64,000 bases of DNA from a virus. Below, one piece after another: positions 55,530 to 64,000 of the stretch. The notes beneath the pieces are model-generated. The model saw only the letters and a program-made list of their open reading frames with translations, was not told the DNA's origin and did no database searches. The stretch lies in IMG/VR virus record IMGVR_UViG_3300050016_000100, positions 1-64,000 of that record. One strand, 5' to 3'. Position 1 is the first letter of the stretch, and the number at the start of each line of letters is the position of its first letter. The position numbers and the translations under genes are program-made.

Positions 55530-57000
55530 ACTCGACCTGATGCTGATCCACCCCGGTGCCGCGCATGGCATCTACGGGGCGCTCGGTGATGATCTGGTCG
55601 CGGTCGAACCGCCGCTGTGGTGCCGGCTGATCGCCGGATATGTGCGCGACCGAGGATTCTCAGTCCGGATCATCGATGCCGAGGCCGAGCGGTTGCATCC
55701 GGCGAGCGTTGCCGCGTTCGTGGCCGAGGCCGATCCACGGCTGGTCTGCATCGCGGCCTACGGTCACCAGCCATCGGCGTCGACTCAGCAGATGGTCGCC
55801 GCCGGCACCACAGCGCGCGAGATCACTGATCGTTCGGCCACCCCGATCCTGATGGTCGGCGGCCACGTTTCTGCGCTACCGGAACGGACGCTGAATGAGG
55901 AAATGATCGACTATGCCTGCGTCGGCGAAGGTCCGGAAACGGTCGCGAGCTTATTGCGCGGCAACTCGGTTGAGGAAGTGCCCGGCCTCGTCTGGCGCGA
56001 TTCGGAGACACTGAAGGTCCGGATCAATCCATCGGCGCCGCTGATCGAAGACCTCTCGCAGCTTCACGGCGATGCCTGGGACCTGCTGCCGATGGCGACC
56101 TACCGGGCGCACAACTGGCAATGCTTCGGCGAGCTCGGCCGGCGCAAACCATACGCCTCGATCTTCACGTCGCTCGGCTGCCCGTATCGATGTTCGTTCT
56201 GCTGCATCAACGCGCCGTTCGAGACGAATCGATACCGTATGCGCGATCCGCGTGATGTCGTTGACGAGATCCTCAGTCTCCGGAGTCGATACGGCGTCAC
56301 GACCTTCAAGATCGTCGACGAGATGTTCGTGCTCAACGAGCGGCACTACACGGCTATCGCCGAGGGCCTCGTCGCATCGGGGATCTCCGATGACCTGAAC
56401 ATCTGGGCCTATGCCCGCGTGGATACGGTTAAGCCGGATAAGCTCGCGCTCCTGCGCACCGCCGGCATCCGGTGGCTCGCACTCGGGATCGAATCGGCCA
56501 GCGCCTATGTTCGCGATGGCGCATCGAAACGGCTCAAGAACGACGACATCGTCGGCGTGGTGCGCACGATCCAGGCGGCCGGGATCAACGTGATCGGAAA
56601 CTACATCTTCGGGCTGCCGGACGATGATAGTGCATCGATGCAGGCCACGCTTGACCTTGCGCTCGAACTCAACACCGAGTTCGCTAACTTTTATTCAGCA
56701 ATGGCCTATCCGGGCTCCCGGCTCTATGACGAGGCGGTCGCGAAGGGATGGACGTTGCCGGAGACCTGGCGCGGATATAGTCAGCACAACGACGATTGTC
56801 GGCCGCTCGACACCACGCACGTCGATGCGGCCACCGTGTTGCGGTTCCGCGATGCGGCTTTTACCGCCTACTTCACCGATCCGGACTATCTCGACATGGT
56901 GCAGGATCGATTTGGTCTCGAGACGCTCGATCACGTCCGGCGCATGACTCAGTACCGGCTACGCCGGAAACTCCTCGAGCGCGCGCGGGCGGCGGCGTGA
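55516..57000 (+). CDS. Cobalamin-binding radical SAM enzyme (class B methyltransferase-like)
   Basis: N-terminal B12-binding-like domain; GCPYRCSFC; G.ES. Confidence 0.9.
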   Translation: MGTHRLDLMLIHPGAAHGIYGALGDDLVAVEPPLWCRLIAGYVRDRGFSVRIIDAEAERLHPASVAAFVAEADPRLVCIAAYGHQPSASTQQMVAAGTTAREITDRSATPILMVGGHVSALPERTLNEEMIDYACVGEGPETVASLLRGNSVEEVPGLVWRDSETLKVRINPSAPLIEDLSQLHGDAWDLLPMATYRAHNWQCFGELGRRKPYASIFTSLGCPYRCSFCCINAPFETNRYRMRDPRDVVDEILSLRSRYGVTTFKIVDEMFVLNERHYTAIAEGLVASGISDDLNIWAYARVDTVKPDKLALLRTAGIRWLALGIESASAYVRDGASKRLKNDDIVGVVRTIQAAGINVIGNYIFGLPDDDSASMQATLDLALELNTEFANFYSAMAYPGSRLYDEAVAKGWTLPETWRGYSQHNDDCRPLDTTHVDAATVLRFRDAAFTAYFTDPDYLDMVQDRFGLETLDHVRRMTQYRLRRKLLERARAAA

Positions 57001-57371
57001 ATCTACACGACATTGCGTCTGGCGCGATCGGTTCGGTCAACCCGACCGTGCTGGTAACGCTACAGCACAGCACCGGATCGACGACGGACGACGATGGCAA
57101 GCGGACCCCGACCTACGACACGACGACCGGGGTGCGCGCGCAAGTGCAGGCGCTGACGTTCACTGACCTGCACCAAATTGACGGGCTAAACCTGAACGGG
57201 ACTCGGCGTGCCATCTATCTATACGGCGCCGTCGCTGCTACGGTGCGCGCGAGCGGTCAGGGAGGCGACCTGATAACGCTACCAGACGGAAGCGTGTGGC
57301 TGGTCGCTTACGTCCTCGAACAGTGGCCTGATTGGTGCAAAGTAGTTTGCACCCTCCAGGACGGGTCATGA
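56997..57371 (+). CDS. Head-closure/joining protein
   Basis: NLH.IA...I..VNP, QVQAL, GGDL, W.V..VLE.WPDW. Confidence 0.8.
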   Translation: MNLHDIASGAIGSVNPTVLVTLQHSTGSTTDDDGKRTPTYDTTTGVRAQVQALTFTDLHQIDGLNLNGTRRAIYLYGAVAATVRASGQGGDLITLPDGSVWLVAYVLEQWPDWCKVVCTLQDGS

Positions 57372-57949
57372 ACTCTGGCATTTATGTAATCACGTCACCG
57401 TCCGGCGGGCAGTATATCGGAAGCGCCATTCACTTCGGCACCCGCTGGCGACAACATCAGTACGAACTTCGGAAGGGTTCTCACTTTAATCGCGCGCTAC
57501 AGCGGGCGATGGCTAAGTATGGAATCGAGCAGTTGCGGTTCGAAAAGTTACTGGTGTGTCATCCGACCGATTTGCTGATGTTCGAGCAGATCGCACTCGA
57601 CGGATTAAATCCGAGATACAATGCTTGTCCAATTGCTGGAAGCCAACTCGGGCGCCGCCATACCCACGACTCGAACGAAAAAAACGCCGCCGCTCATCGT
57701 GGCAAGAGTCTCACGCCAGAGCATAGAGAAAAGCTTCGGCAGAAGTCTCTTGGCAATCAGAACATGAAGGGGAAGCTGATGCCGTGCGAGGTTAGAGATA
57801 AAATCTCTGCGGCATTAAAAGGACGCGGCCCTTCCTCGGATCACATGCAACGTCTTCATCATAGTAACCGAGGCCGAAAAAAATCGGCTGAGGAGATAGC
57901 TCGGCGCCAAACGACTCGTGCGGCGAATCAGATGGCGGCAATGGCATGA
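57368..57949 (+). CDS. GIY-YIG homing endonuclease with NUMOD3 repeats
   Basis: SGIY.I.....YIGS...R...H; H.E...KLR; lower GC. Confidence 0.9.
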   Translation: MNSGIYVITSPSGGQYIGSAIHFGTRWRQHQYELRKGSHFNRALQRAMAKYGIEQLRFEKLLVCHPTDLLMFEQIALDGLNPRYNACPIAGSQLGRRHTHDSNEKNAAAHRGKSLTPEHREKLRQKSLGNQNMKGKLMPCEVRDKISAALKGRGPSSDHMQRLHHSNRGRKKSAEEIARRQTTRAANQMAAMA

Positions 57950-58674
57950 CGGCGCTGCTCGCTCCGACTCAGTCGAACATCATGAAAACGCTGCGGACGT
58001 TCATCTTGAGCGTCGTTCCGTCTGGCGTCGCAGTGGTCGATGGGCAAGACAACCGCGTGTCGGAACCGGCCGGTTCGGACTTCGTGGTGATGACTCCGAT
58101 CAGGCGCGACCGGCTTTCGACCAATGTGGACACATACGTCGACGCACTGTTCACCGGATCGATTGCCGGAAACATCCTAACCGTCTCCGCCGTATCGTTC
58201 GGCGCTATCAAGATTGGCAGTCCGGTCCTCGGCAGCGGGGTCATGGCGAACACGTCCGTCACGGCGCTCGGCAGCGGATCTGGGGGCACCGGGACTTACA
58301 CGATCAACAATCCCCAGAACCTCGGCAGCCGGCCGATCGCGTGCGGCGTCGCGGCGATCCTGCAGCCGACAAGGGTGATCGTCCAACTCGACGTCCACGG
58401 ACCAGGCAGCAACGATAACGCGCAGATCATCGCGACAGCGCTTCGCGACGAGTACGCGTACGAAAGTTTCAAGGCATCCGGATTCGACGTCACTCCGCTC
58501 TATGCGGAGGACCCGAGGCAGATACCTTTTCTGAACGATCAACAGCAGTACGAGACCCGGTGGGTGATCGAGGCCGCAATGCAGGCCAACCAAGTCGTGA
58601 CGGTTCCGCAGGAGTTCGCGGGCGTCGTGACGGTCCTCACCAAGAGCATCGAAGAGGCATTTCCAGCATCATGA
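57946..58674 (+). CDS. Tail terminator/neck protein
   Basis: GQ.NRV.EP, QLDVHGP, PLYA.DP.Q.PF...QQYE.RW. Confidence 0.75.
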   Translation: MTALLAPTQSNIMKTLRTFILSVVPSGVAVVDGQDNRVSEPAGSDFVVMTPIRRDRLSTNVDTYVDALFTGSIAGNILTVSAVSFGAIKIGSPVLGSGVMANTSVTALGSGSGGTGTYTINNPQNLGSRPIACGVAAILQPTRVIVQLDVHGPGSNDNAQIIATALRDEYAYESFKASGFDVTPLYAEDPRQIPFLNDQQQYETRWVIEAAMQANQVVTVPQEFAGVVTVLTKSIEEAFPAS

Positions 58675-58686
58675 GGAACTAAAACC

Positions 58687-60432
58687 ATGACAATTCCCGC
58701 AAACCAAGTCGTCACCGTCACCCCAGGCGTGCTCGCCGCAGGCGGCAATGCGCTCGACCTAATCGGAATCATGCTGACCGCGAACACGAGGGCACCGGCG
58801 GGCACGATCCTTTCATTCCCGGACCCGACGTCCGTTGGAAAATACTTCGGTTCATCGTCGGATGAGACCGCAAAGGCCAAGGTCTACTTCAAGGGGTTTG
58901 ATAATTCGAATGTCAAACCGGCCAAGTTGCGCATCGCGCAATACAACGCGGCGGCTGTCCCCGCCTATTTGCGCGGCGGCCAAGCATCGACGCTGACGTT
59001 GACACAACTCCAGGCGCTCAGTGGGTCACTGACCGTCGTGATGGACGGCTATCCGCACACCGCTAATGCGATCAACCTCTCGGCCGCGACAAGTTTCTCG
59101 TCGGCTGCGAGCATCATCGGAAGCGCGATTAACGCCTCCGAACCGGTCCAAGCTAACTTCACCGGCTCGATCTCTGGCAACCTCCTGACCGTTTCCGCGG
59201 TAGCTTCGGGCGTGCTCGCGATCGGTCAGACCGTGAGCGGCACCGGCGTCGTAGCTGCGACCATCATCACTGGACTCGGAACGGCAACCGGAAGCACCGG
59301 AACGTATAACGTCAATAACGCGCAGACGGCTATTAGTGCGGGCATGAGCTCGCTCGCGACCGCGCCCACCGTGAGCTACGACTCAATCTCCGGCGCGTTC
59401 GTCGTCACTTCCGGAATCGTTGGTGACGAATCGTCGGCGGCGTTCGGCAGTGGCACCATCGCTGCCGGACTGATGCTGACGTCCGTCACTGGTGCCGTGC
59501 TGAGTCAAGGCGCAGACGCGACCACGCCAGGCCCATTCATGGATTCGATCGTCAACCAGACCCAGGACTGGGCGACATTCTTCACGCTGTTCGATCCTGA
59601 TGGCGGCAACGGCCATGCGAACAAGCTAGCGTTCGCTCAGTGGACGAGCCTGACCATCGACCGCTACGCGTACATCTGTTGGGACAATGACATCGTCGCG
59701 ACGGAGATCGTTCCTGCGACGTCGACCCTCGGCTACGCGCTGCAGCAGGCCAACTATGACGGCACCTGCCTGATCTATTCACCCGACGCCGAAAAGGCGG
59801 CGTTTATCAGCGGCACGGTCGCATCGATTGACTTCACCGAGACGAACGGCCGTACCACCGGCGCGTTCCGCTCGCAGGCCGGGCTGCTTGCCGACGTCAC
59901 CGACGCCGCAACCGCGGTCAACCTTGCGGGCAATCCGCAGGTCGCTGGCGACTTCGGCAACGGATATAACTTCTATGGAGCCTATGCGACGGCGAACGAC
60001 CAGTTCGTGTTCTTCAATCGCGGCACCATCACCGGTCCGTGGGACTGGTTGGACAGCTACATCAACCAGATTTGGCTGAACAACCAGTTCCAACTCGATC
60101 TGATGCTGATGCTGACTCAGAACAAGTCCGTGCCGTACAACCCGCAGGGCTACGCGTTGATCGAAGCCGCGCTGATGGACACGATCCAGGAGGGCCTCAA
60201 CTTCGGCGCCTTCCGCGCCGGCGTCACGCTTTCCGCGCTACAGGCCGCAGAGGTCAACAACGCGGCGGGCAAGCCGATCGACAAGACGCTCAGCACACAG
60301 GGCTGGTACTTGCAGATCAAGGATGCCCTCCCGGCCGTTCGCCAGAACCGCGGCTCGCCGCCGTGCACGTTCTGGTACATGGACGGTGAGAGCGTCCAGG
60401 CCATCAACCTCGCCAGCATCGACGTCCAGTAA
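58687..60432 (+). CDS. Tail sheath protein (DUF3383)
   Basis: IPA...V.V.PGVL.AGG; WLD.Y.NQIWLN; PYN..G; WY.DG.SV. Confidence 0.88.
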   Translation: MTIPANQVVTVTPGVLAAGGNALDLIGIMLTANTRAPAGTILSFPDPTSVGKYFGSSSDETAKAKVYFKGFDNSNVKPAKLRIAQYNAAAVPAYLRGGQASTLTLTQLQALSGSLTVVMDGYPHTANAINLSAATSFSSAASIIGSAINASEPVQANFTGSISGNLLTVSAVASGVLAIGQTVSGTGVVAATIITGLGTATGSTGTYNVNNAQTAISAGMSSLATAPTVSYDSISGAFVVTSGIVGDESSAAFGSGTIAAGLMLTSVTGAVLSQGADATTPGPFMDSIVNQTQDWATFFTLFDPDGGNGHANKLAFAQWTSLTIDRYAYICWDNDIVATEIVPATSTLGYALQQANYDGTCLIYSPDAEKAAFISGTVASIDFTETNGRTTGAFRSQAGLLADVTDAATAVNLAGNPQVAGDFGNGYNFYGAYATANDQFVFFNRGTITGPWDWLDSYINQIWLNNQFQLDLMLMLTQNKSVPYNPQGYALIEAALMDTIQEGLNFGAFRAGVTLSALQAAEVNNAAGKPIDKTLSTQGWYLQIKDALPAVRQNRGSPPCTFWYMDGESVQAINLASIDVQ

Positions 60433-60448
60433 GGAAGGAACAAACATC

Positions 60449-60880
60449 ATGGGTCTCACCCTCACCGCGGCCAATTCCATCATCCAGATCACGGTCGCCG
60501 GCGTCGGCGGCGCCACGCTTGCAGGATTTGCTGCCGACGACATCTTCAACACCCCGTCGATCGCACCGACCGAAACGGTCATGGGCGTCGACGGCAACCT
60601 CTCCGGCGGATTCACCTTCCGCGAGATCAAGCAGGACTATTCGATCATGCCGGATAATCCGGCGACGAACGACCTGTTCACGCAATGGCAGCAGCAGCAG
60701 CAAAGCCAGCAGGACGCGTTTACGGCGAACGGTATCGCTATCGTGCCTGGTCTGCTTCAAAAGTGGATCATGACCAAGGGATTCCTGACCGGCTTCCCAC
60801 CGGTGCCGAGCGCCGGCAAGCTGTATAAGGCGCGCAAGTTCGAGATCACCTGGGAACGGGTCAATTCCGCGCCGACATGA
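60449..60880 (+). CDS. Tail tube protein
   Basis: GF.ADD.F...ETVMGVDG.LS.G; follows sheath. Confidence 0.8.
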   Translation: MGLTLTAANSIIQITVAGVGGATLAGFAADDIFNTPSIAPTETVMGVDGNLSGGFTFREIKQDYSIMPDNPATNDLFTQWQQQQQSQQDAFTANGIAIVPGLLQKWIMTKGFLTGFPPVPSAGKLYKARKFEITWERVNSAPT

Positions 60881-60892
60881 GGAGGACGTTAG

Positions 60893-61342
60893 ATGGGGCG
60901 AAAGACGAAGCCAATCGAGATCAAGGAAGAAGGTCGCGACAAGGGTAAAGTATTCGTCATCAAGGAGATGTCGGCGCGCGGCGCCTTTAAGTGGGGTTGC
61001 CGCGCGCTGTCTGCGATGTCTCGATCGGGCGTTCCGATGCCACCAAATATCGAAGGCACCGGTCTGCTCGGCGTCGCGGCGATCGGCATCCGCGGCATAT
61101 TCCTCGCGGACCCGGACGAGATCGAGCCGCTGCTCGATAAAGTCATGAGCGAGTGCATACGCTTTGCGCCCAGCAAGGAACCGGAGCTGACCCGACTCGT
61201 CAACGATGATCTTGATGACATCGAAGAAGTCGCAACGGTGATTTTTCTCTACATGGAGGTGCTCGACCTGCACGTGGGTTTTTCCGTGGCCGACGCCCTT
61301 TCGAAGCTGGCGTCGGCGAAGACGACGACGGACCAGAACTAG
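60893..61342 (+). CDS. Tail assembly chaperone
   Basis: GRD.GK.F.I.EM; PLLD..M; DIEEV.T; between tube and tape measure. Confidence 0.8.
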   Translation: MGRKTKPIEIKEEGRDKGKVFVIKEMSARGAFKWGCRALSAMSRSGVPMPPNIEGTGLLGVAAIGIRGIFLADPDEIEPLLDKVMSECIRFAPSKEPELTRLVNDDLDDIEEVATVIFLYMEVLDLHVGFSVADALSKLASAKTTTDQN

Positions 61343-61503
61343 TCGAGTACCCCAACGTAGACCCCGCCTGTGGAGCAGTAATTTCGGCCGGCAAAGCTAC
61401 GATGCACGAGCTCGACACGGTCTACGGGCTGGAGGACCTTTACGACTTGCTCGAGATACTGACCGTCGACACCCACAATCGCCGTTTGCTAAAAAGGGAA
61501 TGA
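61276..61503 (+). other. Programmed -1 frameshift site GGGTTTT and chaperone C-terminal extension
   Basis: X XXY YYZ heptamer at 61276-61282; -1 frame open to TGA 61503 with AT.HELDTVYGLED.Y.LLEI. Confidence 0.8.
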
Positions 61504-61507
61504 CGAC

Positions 61508-61714
61508 ATGCCATCACTAACTGCCGCCCAAGCCACCACGTTTGCTGACCAGATGCTGATCTCTCAGGCAGGCCAGAGATATATCCAGGTTGCCAATGAC
61601 CCTACCCTCCAGGACGCCTTCACTAAGGTAAATTCGTTCATAGCGAAGTACACCGTCGCGGCTGCTTTTCACGATGCTCTAATCGCCGACTCCAGGTTTG
61701 TGCCACCGGGCTGA
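61508..61714 (+). CDS. Hypothetical protein inserted in tail operon
   Basis: 68-aa ORF with lower GC. Confidence 0.5.
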   Translation: MPSLTAAQATTFADQMLISQAGQRYIQVANDPTLQDAFTKVNSFIAKYTVAAAFHDALIADSRFVPPG

Positions 61715-61726
61715 TAGAAAACCGTC

Positions 61727-63259
61727 ATGCCCACCATCATCGACTCCCTCATCGTCGAACTCGCGCTCGATCCTTCTAAGTTCACGCAGGGTCAGCGAGA
61801 AGCCGTCGACTCGCTTCGAAAGACCGAGGAAGCGGCGGTCGGGTCCGGCAAGAAGACCGAGGAGGCTGGCGCCAGGTCGTTCGAGGGCATGAACCGGCTC
61901 GGCAAGCAGGCGCTCGGGTTCTTCGCTCTCATCGCCGGCGGTGTTGGCATGAAGGAGTTCGCGCAGCGGATCGTCACCGGCGACGTTGAGATGGGGCGCA
62001 TGGCGCTGCGGCTCGGCCAGACCGTCAGCGGCCTCTCTGTCATGCGCGGCGCTGCGATTCTCGCCGGCGGCGACGCCGCAACGATGACGCAGTCGGCACT
62101 GAACCTGACCCAGCAGCTCCAGATGCTTTGGATCACCGGCACGTCGCAGGTGATCCCGTTCTTCCGCGCGCTGCACATTGACGTGCGCCGCGGCAATGGC
62201 ACGTTCAAGGACGCGACCGAGCTCTACCTTGAGATGGCGAAGCGATTCGAGGGAATGGACCCCGCGCGCGCCGGCGCCTTCATGTCGGCGATGGGCATCG
62301 ACAACACCACCATCGCCATGATCCTCAAGGGCCGCGACGCCTTCCAGTCTTACCTCGACGAAGCCAAGAAGTTCGGCCCGATCAATGAAGAAGATGCCGC
62401 CGCAGCCGAGACGATGCTGCGCGCCTGGCGCGCGATCGAAGTCCGGTCGCTGGCGCTGGGCGGCCGCCTAACGACCACGCTTCTGCCGACGATCAGGCGC
62501 ATTAAGGAAATCCTCGAACAGCCGATCTCGGAAGTCCCCGGCAATCTGGCGGCGTGGATTTCGCGCAAGTTCTCGCCTGACAAAAGCGTCGCCGCGATAG
62601 ACAAAATCAATCCGTTCGCGCCCATCATACTGCCGGAACCAAAGAAAACGCCGGGACTCGTGGATACGGTTACCACGCCGTTCCGCGAGATGTTCAAGGG
62701 TGCCACGACGACGCCGTCACCGTCGCCGCCTATCCAGCTACCCGAGCCGGAGAAGATGCCGGGACTCTGGGAGACGATCACCGCCCCATTCCGCGGCGAG
62801 CCTGAGCCGACGCCGTTGCCGAAGTCGCGCCCGATCCCGTCCCGCGCGTCCGGCGACTGGAAGGTCCCCGAGATTATGCTGGCGATGCTCCACCCCGGTG
62901 AGATGGTTGTGCCCGCGCCGATCGCCGATAAGGTTCGCGCTGGTGGCGATGGAGGCGGCTTGCCCGGTCGCGCTCCGGAAGACCGTGAGACGCGCCTACA
63001 CGGATGGGAAGGCATTGCGCTACGCGGCGTTCAAGGTCTGCTGCAGGGCGCGGCGGGCGCGGCGCAGGTGAACAACAGCCATACCGATAACCGTTCCGAA
63101 AGCAGCGTTCACAACAACACCGAGACCCACGTCGGCAACGTCCACATCCACACGACCGCGCAGGATGCCAGCGGCATCGCTCGCGACCTTCGCGCTGCGC
63201 TCGAGACATCGAATGAGCGGATCCGCCGGACCGCGCAAGCCAACAGCAGCCTGGTGTGA
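61727..63259 (+). CDS. Tape measure protein
   Basis: PTIIDSL.VEL.LD...F N-terminus; helical; position. Confidence 0.75.
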   Translation: MPTIIDSLIVELALDPSKFTQGQREAVDSLRKTEEAAVGSGKKTEEAGARSFEGMNRLGKQALGFFALIAGGVGMKEFAQRIVTGDVEMGRMALRLGQTVSGLSVMRGAAILAGGDAATMTQSALNLTQQLQMLWITGTSQVIPFFRALHIDVRRGNGTFKDATELYLEMAKRFEGMDPARAGAFMSAMGIDNTTIAMILKGRDAFQSYLDEAKKFGPINEEDAAAAETMLRAWRAIEVRSLALGGRLTTTLLPTIRRIKEILEQPISEVPGNLAAWISRKFSPDKSVAAIDKINPFAPIILPEPKKTPGLVDTVTTPFREMFKGATTTPSPSPPIQLPEPEKMPGLWETITAPFRGEPEPTPLPKSRPIPSRASGDWKVPEIMLAMLHPGEMVVPAPIADKVRAGGDGGGLPGRAPEDRETRLHGWEGIALRGVQGLLQGAAGAAQVNNSHTDNRSESSVHNNTETHVGNVHIHTTAQDASGIARDLRAALETSNERIRRTAQANSSLV

Positions 63260-63262
63260 CGC

Positions 63263-63754
63263 ATGGAATTACTGACCGCAGACGGCCCGAATCTTCCGGC
63301 CATCACCCAGTGGGGACTTTTCGGCGGTGGCGGCGCGGCCGTAACCGCTGACAATGTCGTCGCGTTCGAGCTCAAGAAGAATTGGTACTTGGCCGACTAC
63401 CCGGTCGAGGGCGGAGGATTCGAGAGCTACGACAAGGTTGCGGTGCCCTATGACGTCCGACTCCGTTTCTCGGCGGGCTACTCCGCAGGTAACCGCGCGG
63501 CGCTGCTCAATTCAATCGACCGGATCGCCGGAGACCTGAATCTCTACGATGCGGTGACGCCCGAAAAGACCTACCCGAACGTCAATGTCACGCACTACGA
63601 TTTTCGACGGACTGCCGATCGCGGCGCCGGGCTGATCCAGCTCGACGTGTGGCTGCTCGAAGTCCGATCCGGGTCGTCATCGGTGTTCGGCAGCGGTGCG
63701 CAGGGTGCAAGCGCGTCGAGCGCGAGCTTCGGCGGAAACGTGCAGGCGAAATAA
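63263..63754 (+). CDS. Baseplate hub/Dit-like protein
   Basis: DYPVEGG.F.SY.KV..P; VTPE..Y. Confidence 0.75.
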   Translation: MELLTADGPNLPAITQWGLFGGGGAAVTADNVVAFELKKNWYLADYPVEGGGFESYDKVAVPYDVRLRFSAGYSAGNRAALLNSIDRIAGDLNLYDAVTPEKTYPNVNVTHYDFRRTADRGAGLIQLDVWLLEVRSGSSSVFGSGAQGASASSASFGGNVQAK

Positions 63755-63755
63755 G

Positions 63756-64000
63756 ATGAAGACGATTCCTCTCCAGCCGCTTCCATGCCAGATCGTGGGC
63801 GTCACGCTTGCGAACCAGGTCTGCCAGATCAAGGTCTACCAGAAGTTCTTCGGCGTATTCATGGACCTCTACGTCAACAATAAGCTGATCATCGGCGGCG
63901 TCATCTGCGAGAACCTGAACCGGATCGTGCGATCGCTTTATCTCGGCTTCCTCGGCGACCTGCAATTTAAGGATACGCAGGGCTCCGCCGACGTGGAGTA
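63756..64000 (+). CDS. Baseplate protein (truncated by window end)
   Basis: MKTIPLQPLPCQ...YLGFLGDLQF.DTQG. Confidence 0.7.
   Translation, partial: MKTIPLQPLPCQIVGVTLANQVCQIKVYQKFFGVFMDLYVNNKLIIGGVICENLNRIVRSLYLGFLGDLQFKDTQGSADVE

Overview
This window is most of a circularly permuted, GC-rich tailed phage genome with a contractile-tail (myovirus-type) morphogenesis module. The host is probably an alphaproteobacterium (Hyphomicrobiales-like), judging by an MmgR/suhB-type sRNA, a DUF3309 protein and a GapR-like protein. Gene order: tail-fibre/SGNH genes, lysis and cell-wall-enzyme cluster (1-10.7 kb); leftward accessory region of short genes with duplications and gene remnants (10.7-21.3 kb); ERF/YqaJ recombination (22-26 kb); rightward early/replication genes with DNA methyltransferases and nested IS1595-family elements (26.9-37.5 kb); NusG-like regulator, terminase, portal and head genes; a 7.5-kb sugar-biosynthesis/glycosylation cluster inserted between neck genes (49.5-57 kb); tail and baseplate genes. 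No integrase or CI-type repressor was recognised. Highlights: (1) a resolvase-fold gene with overlapping divergent promoters, plus arrays of tiny genes whose junctions share an AGGA-n-GCCG motif that also marks the ends of duplicated cassettes (integron-like candidate); (2) a ColD-like + ThDP alpha/beta + SDR + B12 radical SAM cluster inside the virion operon, with a Ser/Thr-rich module shared by three structural proteins (possible virion glycosylation); (3) a 1284-bp non-autonomous TIR element carrying a methyltransferase, inserted in an IS1595 transposase; (4) a phage-borne MmgR-like sRNA and a parS site. All family assignments come from motif recognition by eye, not from database searches.
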